From Bacteroidetes bacterium GWB2_32_14 (GTDB lineage: Bacteria > Bacteroidota > Bacteroidia > Bacteroidales > UBA12077), in the NCBI GenBank assembly GCA_001768235.1, contig MENK01000003.1, positions 85,791 to 149,790 on the forward strand: a DNA stretch of 64,000 nucleotides. Direction: 5' to 3'. Positions 9,425 through 18,356 of the stretch are shown in pieces. The number at the start of each line of letters is the position of its first letter. Position 1 is the stretch's first letter. The position numbers were made by a program, and so were the translations under genes. The notes under the pieces are model-generated. The model had not been told where the DNA came from. It made no database searches and saw only the letters and a list, made by a program, of their open reading frames with translations.

Positions 9425-9478
9425 AGTGATATAATTTTAATTTATTATTTTTACTTGGTTCCCTGTAATAACAAAATA

Positions 9479-10435
9479 TTAATTCTCGTACTCTAAAGTT
9501 ATTTTAGTACCATAACTCATATCTTCAAGCTTGGTTGATTCTGTAATGACACTCATTTTGCCCCCTTTTTCGATAAATTGGAGACAAGCTTTTATTTTAG
9601 GAGCCATACTACCCTGAGCAAACTGGCCTTCGGCTAAATATTTTTCAGTATCTGCCTTGTTCAGAAATTCGAGTTTTTGTTCGTTTGGTTTTTTATAATT
9701 GATATAAACAAAAGGAACATCGGTTAAAATATAAAATTCATCAGCATGAATTTTTGCAGCTAATAATGATGAAGCTAAATCTTTATCAATAACAGCTTCT
9801 GCCGGCCGAATTCTGTTTTCTTCATCAATATAAACAGGAACACCTCCACCTCCAACAGCAATTACAATATTCCCCTGGCGGGCCAACGATTCAATAACTT
9901 TTTCATTCATTATACTAATTGGTTTTGGTGAAGGTACTACCCTTCTCCAGCCACCATGAGCTTTTACTTCTTCTTTAAAAATCCATCCTTTATCAGTTAT
10001 TAATTTATCTGCTTCTTCTTTGGTATAAATTTTACCAACCCGTTTTTGAGGATCTTTGAATGCAGGATCATCTTTATCAACAACCACGCAAGTAACAAGT
10101 GTTACGATTTCTTTATTGATGCCATGTTTTAACAAAACATTCTTCAACATACGTTCAATCATGTAACCAATGCCGCCTTGTGAATCGGCAACACAAATAT
10201 CAAGAGGCATTTGAGGAATATTATACATGTGCTCACCCGCGTCATTTCGCATTAGAATATTTCCAACCTGAGGGCCATTTCCATGGCCAATTACAATATC
10301 GTATCCCTCTTTAATTAAATATACCAGGTTTTCTAATGTATCGAATGTATTTTGTTCTTGTTCATCAATTGTTCCTATTTGATCACCGCGTAACAATGCA
10401 TTACCACCTAACGCAACTACAGCTAATTTATTCAT
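9479..10435 (-). CDS. arcC: carbamate kinase
   Basis: The track start at 10444 is TTG. ATGs at 10441 and 10435 are available, and MNKLAVVALGGNAL matches the usual carbamate kinase N-terminus. Also contains HGNGPQVG and a C-terminal amino-acid-kinase fold pattern. Confidence 0.88.
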   Translation of the reverse strand: MNKLAVVALGGNALLRGDQIGTIDEQEQNTFDTLENLVYLIKEGYDIVIGHGNGPQVGNILMRNDAGEHMYNIPQMPLDICVADSQGGIGYMIERMLKNVLLKHGINKEIVTLVTCVVVDKDDPAFKDPQKRVGKIYTKEEADKLITDKGWIFKEEVKAHGGWRRVVPSPKPISIMNEKVIESLARQGNIVIAVGGGGVPVYIDEENRIRPAEAVIDKDLASSLLAAKIHADEFYILTDVPFVYINYKKPNEQKLEFLNKADTEKYLAEGQFAQGSMAPKIKACLQFIEKGGKMSVITESTKLEDMSYGTKITLEYEN

Positions 10436-10668
10436 AATCATCAATTTATGTTTTAAAGTTTTAAAGCTACAAATCTATAAAAATTTTATTCAAATTGGCA
10501 AATTACTGTATTTCTTTATATAAATACCAGATATGATAAAAAACATATTTTTTTATCAAAAAAATTGAATTATACAACCAAGATTATATCTCTTCTTTTG
10601 TTTTTATTTCAAATATTAGTAATTTAGTTCACAATAATTATACTTATATGGTAAATTAATCTTAAAAG

Positions 10669-11358
10669 ATGAAGATAAAAAACACCCTCCTGATTGCTGT
10701 TGCATTAATAATCATTTCAATATTTTCATGTAAAAAGTTCGAATTTAAAGACAGGATTAAAGAAGGATATATTGAATACAATATTGAATATTTAGACGAT
10801 AGCTTAGACAGGTTTATGAAAGGATTATTACCAAAAAAAATGATCGTTAAATTTAAAAACAACAACACGATAAATAAAATTGAAAGTTTATCGGGAATTG
10901 TCAGCTTTACCCATATTCAAAATTCAAGAGATAAAAAGAATACCACTTTAGTAAAGATTATGAATAAAAAATACAGGTATGCCGAAAAAATAGACGAATC
11001 CTCACTGTTCTTTGAAGATATTCCCGGAATAAAAATTGAAACTCTTGACGAAATAAAACAAGTTGCCGGACTTACATGCTATAAAGCAAAAGTAACAATT
11101 CCAAATCGCGAAATTGAACCATTTTACATTTATTATACAAATGATATAATTATTCATAAACCAAATGCAAACACACCATTCAGATCGCTTGATGGCGTTT
11201 TGTTGGAGTTCCAGGTTAAGTTGTACAGTATGAACATGAAACTCACTGCAACTAAAATTGTAGAAACTGAAATTGATTCCGATGAATTTAAAATTCCTGA
11301 AGGTTATATTCCCATTAATCGAAAAACAATGGAAAAAATCTTATCTACACTTAAATAA
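10669..11358 (+). CDS. hypothetical lipoprotein (possibly distant GLPGLI-family)
   Basis: 229 aa. Signal MKIKNTLLIAVALIIISIFSC with a lipobox Cys. The C-terminal F.SLDGVLLEF weakly resembles the GLPGLILE motif. The family call is tentative. Confidence 0.55.
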   Translation: MKIKNTLLIAVALIIISIFSCKKFEFKDRIKEGYIEYNIEYLDDSLDRFMKGLLPKKMIVKFKNNNTINKIESLSGIVSFTHIQNSRDKKNTTLVKIMNKKYRYAEKIDESSLFFEDIPGIKIETLDEIKQVAGLTCYKAKVTIPNREIEPFYIYYTNDIIIHKPNANTPFRSLDGVLLEFQVKLYSMNMKLTATKIVETEIDSDEFKIPEGYIPINRKTMEKILSTLK

Positions 11359-11475
11359 AAATTTCAAAAAATTTTACTTACATATAAGCTATAAATTCCA
11401 TTAATAATTGCTATTAATTATTTTACTTTGTAATATTAATTCTTACATAGTACCAGATAAACGATTCATAATAAA

Positions 11476-13857
11476 ATGGCAAAAAAAAATATTGATTCTG
11501 CAAATAAAAAGAAAACATCATTTTTAACAGACGAACGTTTAAAAATAATCTTTGGAATTTTCATTCTATTTCTTTCTGCTTTTTTGACACTTGCATTTTT
11601 TTCATACCTGTTCACATGGAAAGCCGATCAAAGTTTTGAATTTCAGAACGTATTTTCCCTTGCAGATATTACTGTTGAAAACTGGTCGGGTAAGGCCGGA
11701 GCATTTTTCGCCAATGTTTTTATGAATAAATGGTTCGGCATTTCATCGTTTACACTTCCATTTATTCTTTTAGTTATTGGATTAAGGCTTTTAAAATTCA
11801 GATGGTTCCCATTACGAAAGACAATTAAACTATTATTAATTACCACTATACTCGTTTCAATAGTACTGGGTTATTTGTTTGGTACCGCAAATGGTTTCCT
11901 GGGCAGCGGATTAGGCGGCGGGCATGGGTACATCATATCCCAGTGGCTTAATTCATTTATTGGTAAAACAGGTACTGCATTTTTGTTAATTGTTTCAATT
12001 CTTGCTTTTGCTTTATTTACTTCAAACAAAGTTGTAGAATGGATGAAAGCTCTTATTGAAAAACTATTTACAAAAAATATTAAACCGGGTGAAGAAAATA
12101 TTGCTGACAACAGTATTCCCGAAGCATTATTTGAAGAGCCCAAAATAAACGAAGAAGATATTGTTGAAGAAGAAATTGATGACAATTTAGTTTTTACCAG
12201 CCGCAAAAAAGAAATCCCTGTTGTTAGGGAAAAACCGAATATCAATGTTAGTTTAACTGAAGATAATAATATTGAACTTACCATAGAAGAAACTGTTCAC
12301 CCAAACGACACCGTTGATGGTATAAAAATTTTAGAATTACAAGATTACGATCCAACTCTGGAACTATCATCATATAAACTTCCGACATTGGATTTACTTG
12401 ATGATTACAGTAAGAATTCCGACGGGCAAATAAACAAAGACGAGATTATAGCAAATAAAAACCGGATTGTTGAAACTCTGGCTAATTATAAGATCCAAAT
12501 CGATAAAATAAAAGCTACCGTTGGGCCAACAGTTACTCTTTACGAAATAATTCCGGCTCCCGGGGTTCGAATATCAAAAATTAAAAATCTTGAAGATGAT
12601 ATAGCTCTTAGCTTATCGGCATTAGGAATTCGAATTATTGCTCCAATACCAGGCAGAGGAACTATTGGAATTGAAGTGCCTAACCAGAATCCTGAAATTG
12701 TTTCCATGCGTTCAATAATAACATCAAAAACATTTAGCGAAACAAAATACGATCTGGCGATCGGGTTAGGCAAAACCATTTCGAACGAAACATTTGTAAT
12801 AGATTTGGCAAAAATGCCCCACTTGCTTGTTGCCGGTGCCACAGGACAAGGAAAATCTGTTGGCCTTAATGCCATTATTGCTTCATTGTTATATAAAAAG
12901 CACCCTGCACAGTTAAAATTTGTGATGATTGATCCTAAAAAGGTTGAATTAACATTGTATTCTAAAATTGAACGGCATTTTCTGGCAACACTTCCCGATA
13001 CCGAAGAATCAATAATTACCGATACACAAAAAGTAGTAAACACGTTAAACTCGTTGTGCCTGGAAATGGATCAACGCTATGATTTACTTAAACTGGGTCA
13101 GGTTAGGAATATTAAAGAGTATAATGCTAAATTTATATCACGGCACTTAAATCCCGAAAAAGGACACCGGTATTTGCCATATATCGTTGTTATTGTTGAT
13201 GAATTTGCAGATTTAATAATGACAGCGGGACGAGAAATTGAAAGCCCTCTCACACGATTAGCTCAATTAGCGAGAGCGATTGGTATTCATTTGATTATAG
13301 CCACACAACGGCCATCAACCAATATTATTACCGGAACCATAAAAGCAAATTTCCCTGCCCGAATAGCATTCAGGGTTTCATCAATGATCGATTCCCGAAC
13401 TATCCTCGACAGCCCCGGTGCCAACCAACTTATTGGACGTGGAGATATGCTTATATCTTCGGGTAGCGACCTTGTTCGCCTTCAATGTGCATTTATTGAT
13501 ACTCCCGAACTTGAAAAAATTGCTGATTTTATAGGTTCACAACGCGGATATCCATCGGCATATCAACTTCCCGAATATATCCAGGAAGGAAGTGATGAGG
13601 CCAGCGAAGTTGATTTATCAAAACGTGATGCTTTGTTCGACGATGCAGCAAAGCTTGTTGTAAGGCATCAACAAGGTTCAACATCATTAATTCAACGGAA
13701 ATTTTCCATCGGGTACAACAGGGCAGGAAGAATTATCGATCAGCTTGAAGCTGCAAATATTGTAGGCCCTTTTGAAGGCAGCAAAGCACGGCAGGTTCTT
13801 TTTAGTGATGAATATTCTTTGGAACAATATTTGAAAGAATTCTCCGAGAATAATTAA
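11476..13857 (+). CDS. ftsK: DNA translocase FtsK/SpoIIIE
   Basis: 793 aa. N-terminal TM helices, an acidic linker, motor domain with Walker A GATGQGKS and Walker B VVIVDEFADL, and a C-terminal gamma winged-helix (STSLIQRKFSIGYNRAGRIIDQLE). Confidence 0.92.
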   Translation: MAKKNIDSANKKKTSFLTDERLKIIFGIFILFLSAFLTLAFFSYLFTWKADQSFEFQNVFSLADITVENWSGKAGAFFANVFMNKWFGISSFTLPFILLVIGLRLLKFRWFPLRKTIKLLLITTILVSIVLGYLFGTANGFLGSGLGGGHGYIISQWLNSFIGKTGTAFLLIVSILAFALFTSNKVVEWMKALIEKLFTKNIKPGEENIADNSIPEALFEEPKINEEDIVEEEIDDNLVFTSRKKEIPVVREKPNINVSLTEDNNIELTIEETVHPNDTVDGIKILELQDYDPTLELSSYKLPTLDLLDDYSKNSDGQINKDEIIANKNRIVETLANYKIQIDKIKATVGPTVTLYEIIPAPGVRISKIKNLEDDIALSLSALGIRIIAPIPGRGTIGIEVPNQNPEIVSMRSIITSKTFSETKYDLAIGLGKTISNETFVIDLAKMPHLLVAGATGQGKSVGLNAIIASLLYKKHPAQLKFVMIDPKKVELTLYSKIERHFLATLPDTEESIITDTQKVVNTLNSLCLEMDQRYDLLKLGQVRNIKEYNAKFISRHLNPEKGHRYLPYIVVIVDEFADLIMTAGREIESPLTRLAQLARAIGIHLIIATQRPSTNIITGTIKANFPARIAFRVSSMIDSRTILDSPGANQLIGRGDMLISSGSDLVRLQCAFIDTPELEKIADFIGSQRGYPSAYQLPEYIQEGSDEASEVDLSKRDALFDDAAKLVVRHQQGSTSLIQRKFSIGYNRAGRIIDQLEAANIVGPFEGSKARQVLFSDEYSLEQYLKEFSENN

Positions 13858-13938
13858 TACTCCATAATTTATTAAAACATAATTTCCTGCCAGTCCTGAC
13901 CATCTGCCTGGAAATTATAAATGCTAAAATCAGTTAAG

Positions 13939-14589
13939 ATGAAAAAAATATTTTTTATAATAAGCTTTACACTTGTTGCATTTACTATTTATGCACAGCA
14001 AGATCCTGAAGCAAAAAAGATACTTGACAAACTCTCTCAAAAAACAAAATCATATAAAAATATTGAAGCCGGGTTTAAGGTAGATTACATTGATTTAAAA
14101 GATAAAATTAAAAATTCATCGGAAGGAACAATAACAATGCAAGGCGAAAAGTACAGGTTAAACTTTATGGATACCGAGGTTTTTTTCGATGGCAAAACCT
14201 TATGGAGCTATATTAAAGATGCTAATGAGGTAAATATTTCAGAACCTGAGAATGACGATTCTGATATTCTTAATAATCCGCAAAAATTATTTACTATTTA
14301 CGAGAAAGATTTTAAATACCAATTAATTTCTCGAAATACTGAAGGGGGAACATCAAATGCGATAGTTGATTTATACCCTTTTGAACTCGAGAAGGATTAT
14401 TCGCGAATTCGTCTTCAAATAAATACCAGCACATTTCAACTTAAATCGGCTACTATATTTGGAAAAGATGGTTCCAGCTACAGTGTTAGCATTTTTAATT
14501 TTAATACCAATATTCAGGTTGAAACAAACTACTTCACCTTTATAGAAGCTAATTATCCCGGTGTAGAAATAATTGATATGCGTTGGTAA
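13939..14589 (+). CDS. lolA: outer-membrane lipoprotein carrier LolA-like protein
   Basis: Signal MKKIFFIISFTLVAFTIYAQ (an alternative ATG at 13921 is also possible). LolA-like pattern and the conserved ftsK-lolA adjacency. Confidence 0.7.
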   Translation: MKKIFFIISFTLVAFTIYAQQDPEAKKILDKLSQKTKSYKNIEAGFKVDYIDLKDKIKNSSEGTITMQGEKYRLNFMDTEVFFDGKTLWSYIKDANEVNISEPENDDSDILNNPQKLFTIYEKDFKYQLISRNTEGGTSNAIVDLYPFELEKDYSRIRLQINTSTFQLKSATIFGKDGSSYSVSIFNFNTNIQVETNYFTFIEANYPGVEIIDMRW

Positions 14590-14595
14590 AAATAA

Positions 14596-16731
14596 TTACG
14601 CTATCTTTTCAGGATACTTGATACGTATATGATAGATATTTGCAAGCTTCTTCTTAAAGATTGATTTAACAGTAGAAATATCTTTAAAAGTGATATCAGA
14701 GATATCAAATTGCATATCATTCATCTTATTATTAATAATCGATTCAACAATATTATCAATTGTGGAATCATTATAATCGGTTAAACTTCTTGAAGCAGCT
14801 TCAACAGAATCGGCCATCATTAAAACTGCCATTTCTTTTGAAAATGGTTTTGGCCCGGGATAAGTAAATTTATTGATATCAATTTCTTTATCGGGGAACT
14901 TTTTAATATACGAACGATAAAAATACTGAACTTTTGATGTTCCATGATGTGTTCTGATAAAATCAATTAGTTTTTCAGGTAATTTATGTTTTCTGGCCAA
15001 TTCAATCCCATCTGTTACATGGTTAATGATTATATTGGCACTTTCAACAAATTCATGCATGTCATGGGGATTAAACCCGGTACGTTGATTCTCGATAAAA
15101 TAAAGAGGGTTTATCATCTTCCCAATATCATGATACAATGCACCTGTACGAACCAGTAAAGGGTTTCCTCCTATTTTAATAATTGCTTCCTCTGCCAGAT
15201 TTGCCACCTGCATGGAGTGTTGAAATGTTCCGGGAGCTTTTTCGGCTAATTCTCTCAATAATTTCTGGTTTGTATCCGACAACTCCATTAATGTTACATC
15301 GGAAAGAAATCCAAATATCTTTTCGAATATATATATCAGCGGGTAAGCTAATAATACAAAACCTCCGTTAATAGCAAAATAGACAAAATTATTCCATTCA
15401 ATATTCGAAAAATTTCCTTCTTGTGTAATTGCCATTCCAAAATAAACAAAGCTGTATGTTAAAAATACCAGGGCGGCAGAAAAAATAAGTTTCCCTCTTC
15501 TGTATAAATTGGTTAAACTAAAAATTGCAATTATACCTGCAATAAAATTTAGAAAAACAAACTCAAACCCATTCGGGGCAAAAAAACCAACAAGCAAAAC
15601 AGTTATTATATGAATAAATAATGCAAGGCGGGAATCATAAAATGTTTTAATAATTATTGGAACCAGCGCGAAAGGAACTATATAAATACTATTAACACTT
15701 ATTTTTAAAGTAATACTTGCTATTGAAACTACAATAAGAACAACCATTAATATGAATAAGGTTTTCAGGCTGTTTTGCAGTATATCTTTTCTGAAATTTA
15801 ATAAAAACAAAAAGAGAACAGCTATACAGGCAAAGACAAAGATTATTTGTCCAAATAAAATAATCCTGTAATAATAGGATGAACCTAACTTAGTTTCAAA
15901 ATCATGTTTTAACGATTCTAAAACAATATGAATTTTTCCATCAATTACATCGCCTTTTGCAATAATTCGTTCACCTTGCTGAACCATTCCTTTAGTAAGA
16001 GAAATATTTTTAAGAAGGGTATTTTTAACATTTTCAGATGTTTTTGAATCATAAAAAATATTAGGATGAACAAATTCGTATAAATTAATACTTTTATAAA
16101 ATCCAGAGTTTTTTAAACCATCCTTTTTTCCTGTTATATAGCCTGCATTTTTTTTAAGCACATACTCATAAGCGGTTTTCTGGCTGTAAAACTCCGAGTA
16201 CAAATGCTCCTGGGCAATATTATCTTTTAAAATAATCAATTTTGAATTCTCAGAGAACCCTTTTGTAATATCCGATACTTCAACAATTCCACTATTATAA
16301 ACTTCTTTTAGAAGATTTATTGAAAAATCTTTAAAGTCGGAGGTATTTACAAAAAAACTGTGATTTTGACGCTCTCCCTGGCTTATATTGGGGTATTTTC
16401 TTTCAAAATATTCAATTTGTTTTTCATTGTAATATTGAATAAACTTATCCATTTCCAGTATTAAAACTGAACTATCGAAAATAAAATACGGGTTATATGA
16501 TTTAAGGATACTATCCTTTTCGAACTGAAGTTGCTTCTCTCCTTTATATATTGGAAAATCAAATGGAGCAATTAATGTTTCATGTAACCAGGGGCGTCCT
16601 TTCTGAAACTCATACCTGAATTTACCCTCTCGCGGGAAAAGTGAAACAATAATCGCTATGGTTGTAATAAATAAAATAAACCTGAAAATAATCTTATAAT
16701 AATTCCGAAAAGGTTTAAGAAATTTTTTCAT
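14596..16731 (-). CDS. HDIG-domain 7TM receptor phosphohydrolase (PgpH/YqfF family)
   Basis: The track start at 16734 is GTG and the adjacent ATG at 16731 gives MKKFLKPF. Extracellular N-terminal domain, 7 TM segments, and a C-terminal HD domain (HSMQVANLAE...LYHDIGK...HHG). Confidence 0.85.
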   Translation of the reverse strand: MKKFLKPFRNYYKIIFRFILFITTIAIIVSLFPREGKFRYEFQKGRPWLHETLIAPFDFPIYKGEKQLQFEKDSILKSYNPYFIFDSSVLILEMDKFIQYYNEKQIEYFERKYPNISQGERQNHSFFVNTSDFKDFSINLLKEVYNSGIVEVSDITKGFSENSKLIILKDNIAQEHLYSEFYSQKTAYEYVLKKNAGYITGKKDGLKNSGFYKSINLYEFVHPNIFYDSKTSENVKNTLLKNISLTKGMVQQGERIIAKGDVIDGKIHIVLESLKHDFETKLGSSYYYRIILFGQIIFVFACIAVLFLFLLNFRKDILQNSLKTLFILMVVLIVVSIASITLKISVNSIYIVPFALVPIIIKTFYDSRLALFIHIITVLLVGFFAPNGFEFVFLNFIAGIIAIFSLTNLYRRGKLIFSAALVFLTYSFVYFGMAITQEGNFSNIEWNNFVYFAINGGFVLLAYPLIYIFEKIFGFLSDVTLMELSDTNQKLLRELAEKAPGTFQHSMQVANLAEEAIIKIGGNPLLVRTGALYHDIGKMINPLYFIENQRTGFNPHDMHEFVESANIIINHVTDGIELARKHKLPEKLIDFIRTHHGTSKVQYFYRSYIKKFPDKEIDINKFTYPGPKPFSKEMAVLMMADSVEAASRSLTDYNDSTIDNIVESIINNKMNDMQFDISDITFKDISTVKSIFKKKLANIYHIRIKYPEKIA

Positions 16732-16909
16732 CACATTGCTATTAATTAGAGTGCTAAAACATAAAATACAAATGTATAAATTTTACAAATAGTTTGACTT
16801 GTATTTATTTCTTATAATGTATCTTAAACACATATTAATTACCTTTGTTAAGAAAAACATTTTTTTTACAAGGATTTATTATTTTTATACTATAAAATAA
16901 ACAGATACA

Positions 16910-17686
16910 ATGATTTCGTACGGGATTAGTGAAATGGCAGTAATACCAGTAAGAATGGAACCATCAGATAAAAGTGAAATGGTTACGCAAGTTCTATTTG
17001 GTGAAACATTTAAAATTACAGAAGAAAAAAACAACTGGGTTTTTATTGAAATCATTCATGATGGTTATAGAGGATGGATTGATAAAAAATTATTGTCATA
17101 TAGTAATCCTAATTATATTGATTGTTCCGTTAATGAGCCTTTTATAATATTATCGGAAGTTTTTACCGAAATTACAGAAAAACAAACAAGTGAAATAATA
17201 AGAATACCGTTTGGCAGCACTTTGCCCTGTTTTAATAAAGAAAAAAATGAATTTAGAATAAATTCAACTATTTATACGCTAGCTAAAAATCAGGAAATAG
17301 AAAACAATAAGAATCTTATCCAGAATGCCAGAAAGTTGCTAAACACCCCCTATTTGTGGGGAGGAAAAAATCCTTTTGGAATAGATTGTTCAGGATTTGT
17401 TCAGGTTGTATATAAGACTGCAACTATTTTTTTACCACGTGATGCAAGTAAACAAGCTGAAATTGGAACAACCATCGATTTTGTAAATAATATAACCCCG
17501 GGCGATCTTGCTTTTTTTGATAACAATGAAGGCCAGATTATTCATACAGGCATATTGTTATCCGAAAAAAAGATAATCCATGCTTCAGGAAAAGTAAGAA
17601 TTGATACTTTCGATCATCAGGGAATATATAACGAAAAACAGCAAAAATATACACATAAGCTTCGAATTATTAAACGTATAATTTAA
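16910..17686 (+). CDS. C40 (NlpC/P60) family peptidase with N-terminal SH3b domain
   Basis: 258 aa. SH3-like region (PVRMEPSDKSEMVTQVLFGE.F...E..NWV.I....GYRGWI). Catalytic motifs PYLWGGKNPFGIDCSGFV and IIHTGI.. Confidence 0.85.
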   Translation: MISYGISEMAVIPVRMEPSDKSEMVTQVLFGETFKITEEKNNWVFIEIIHDGYRGWIDKKLLSYSNPNYIDCSVNEPFIILSEVFTEITEKQTSEIIRIPFGSTLPCFNKEKNEFRINSTIYTLAKNQEIENNKNLIQNARKLLNTPYLWGGKNPFGIDCSGFVQVVYKTATIFLPRDASKQAEIGTTIDFVNNITPGDLAFFDNNEGQIIHTGILLSEKKIIHASGKVRIDTFDHQGIYNEKQQKYTHKLRIIKRII

Positions 17687-17797
17687 TACTACTATGGGGA
17701 AATTATATATATTGGTTTTTATTATTTCGGCAATCATTGTTATTTACATTATAAATAATAGGAGACAAGAAAACCGGAACAAGAATGAAGAAGAACA

Positions 17798-18229
17798 ATG
17801 AGCTTTACATACGAATATCCTCGCCCCTCTGTAACTGCTGACATTATTGTCTTCTCTAAAGTTAGGCAACCGTATCAAATTTTACTTATAAAAAGAGGAC
17901 ATGAACCTTACAAGGATAAATGGGCATTACCCGGAGGTTTTATTGAACCAGACGAGGAACTGGAAACTGCAGCTCTTCGTGAACTTAAAGAAGAAACCGG
18001 TTTAACAAAAATACAACTCAGGCAATTCAAAACCTATGGAAAGGTTGGCAGAGACCCACGCGGAAGAACTATTTCTGTAATTTTTTATGGATTCATAAAT
18101 GCAGAAAATGATAAGATACTTGCAGGTTCAGATGCTGCCGACGCTGTTTGGTTTAATATAAATGAAATTCCTCCTTTGGCCTTCGACCATTCCGATATTA
18201 TTTCTGACGCTCTAAAGGTCTTGATTTAA
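17798..18229 (+). CDS. NUDIX hydrolase
   Basis: 143 aa. Nudix box GGFIEPDEELETAALRELKEETGL. Confidence 0.85.
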   Translation: MSFTYEYPRPSVTADIIVFSKVRQPYQILLIKRGHEPYKDKWALPGGFIEPDEELETAALRELKEETGLTKIQLRQFKTYGKVGRDPRGRTISVIFYGFINAENDKILAGSDAADAVWFNINEIPPLAFDHSDIISDALKVLI

Positions 18230-18356
18230 TTAAAAAAGGAATGACAAATTAGCATATAACAACTCATTATTCAGTTTATTTGTCATTAATATATTGGGGA
18301 ACATTATTTGTATCAATTAAAAATAATTAAGAAATTGAACTTATAAAGTTTATACC

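Noticed and set aside
12540-13043. Long antisense ORFs inside well-supported genes: 167 aa and 137 aa opposite ftsK, 142 aa opposite the usp gene (7687-8115), 117 aa opposite the TPR gene (19945-20298), 114 aa opposite dnaN (53148-53492), and 118 aa opposite sucB (59670-60026).
   Set aside because: All lie fully within strongly supported coding regions on the other strand. Their translations are low-complexity (Ser/Ile/Phe/Leu-rich) with no recognisable motifs or sensible starts. This is typical shadow-ORF behaviour of the complementary frame and gives no independent evidence of coding.
18240-18287. 10-bp inverted repeat aatgacaaat ... atttgtcatt with a 28-nt loop, downstream of the NUDIX gene.
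   Set aside because: The loop is large, the stem is AT-only and there is no trailing T-tract. It could be a weak terminator or a protein site, but it cannot be supported from sequence alone.
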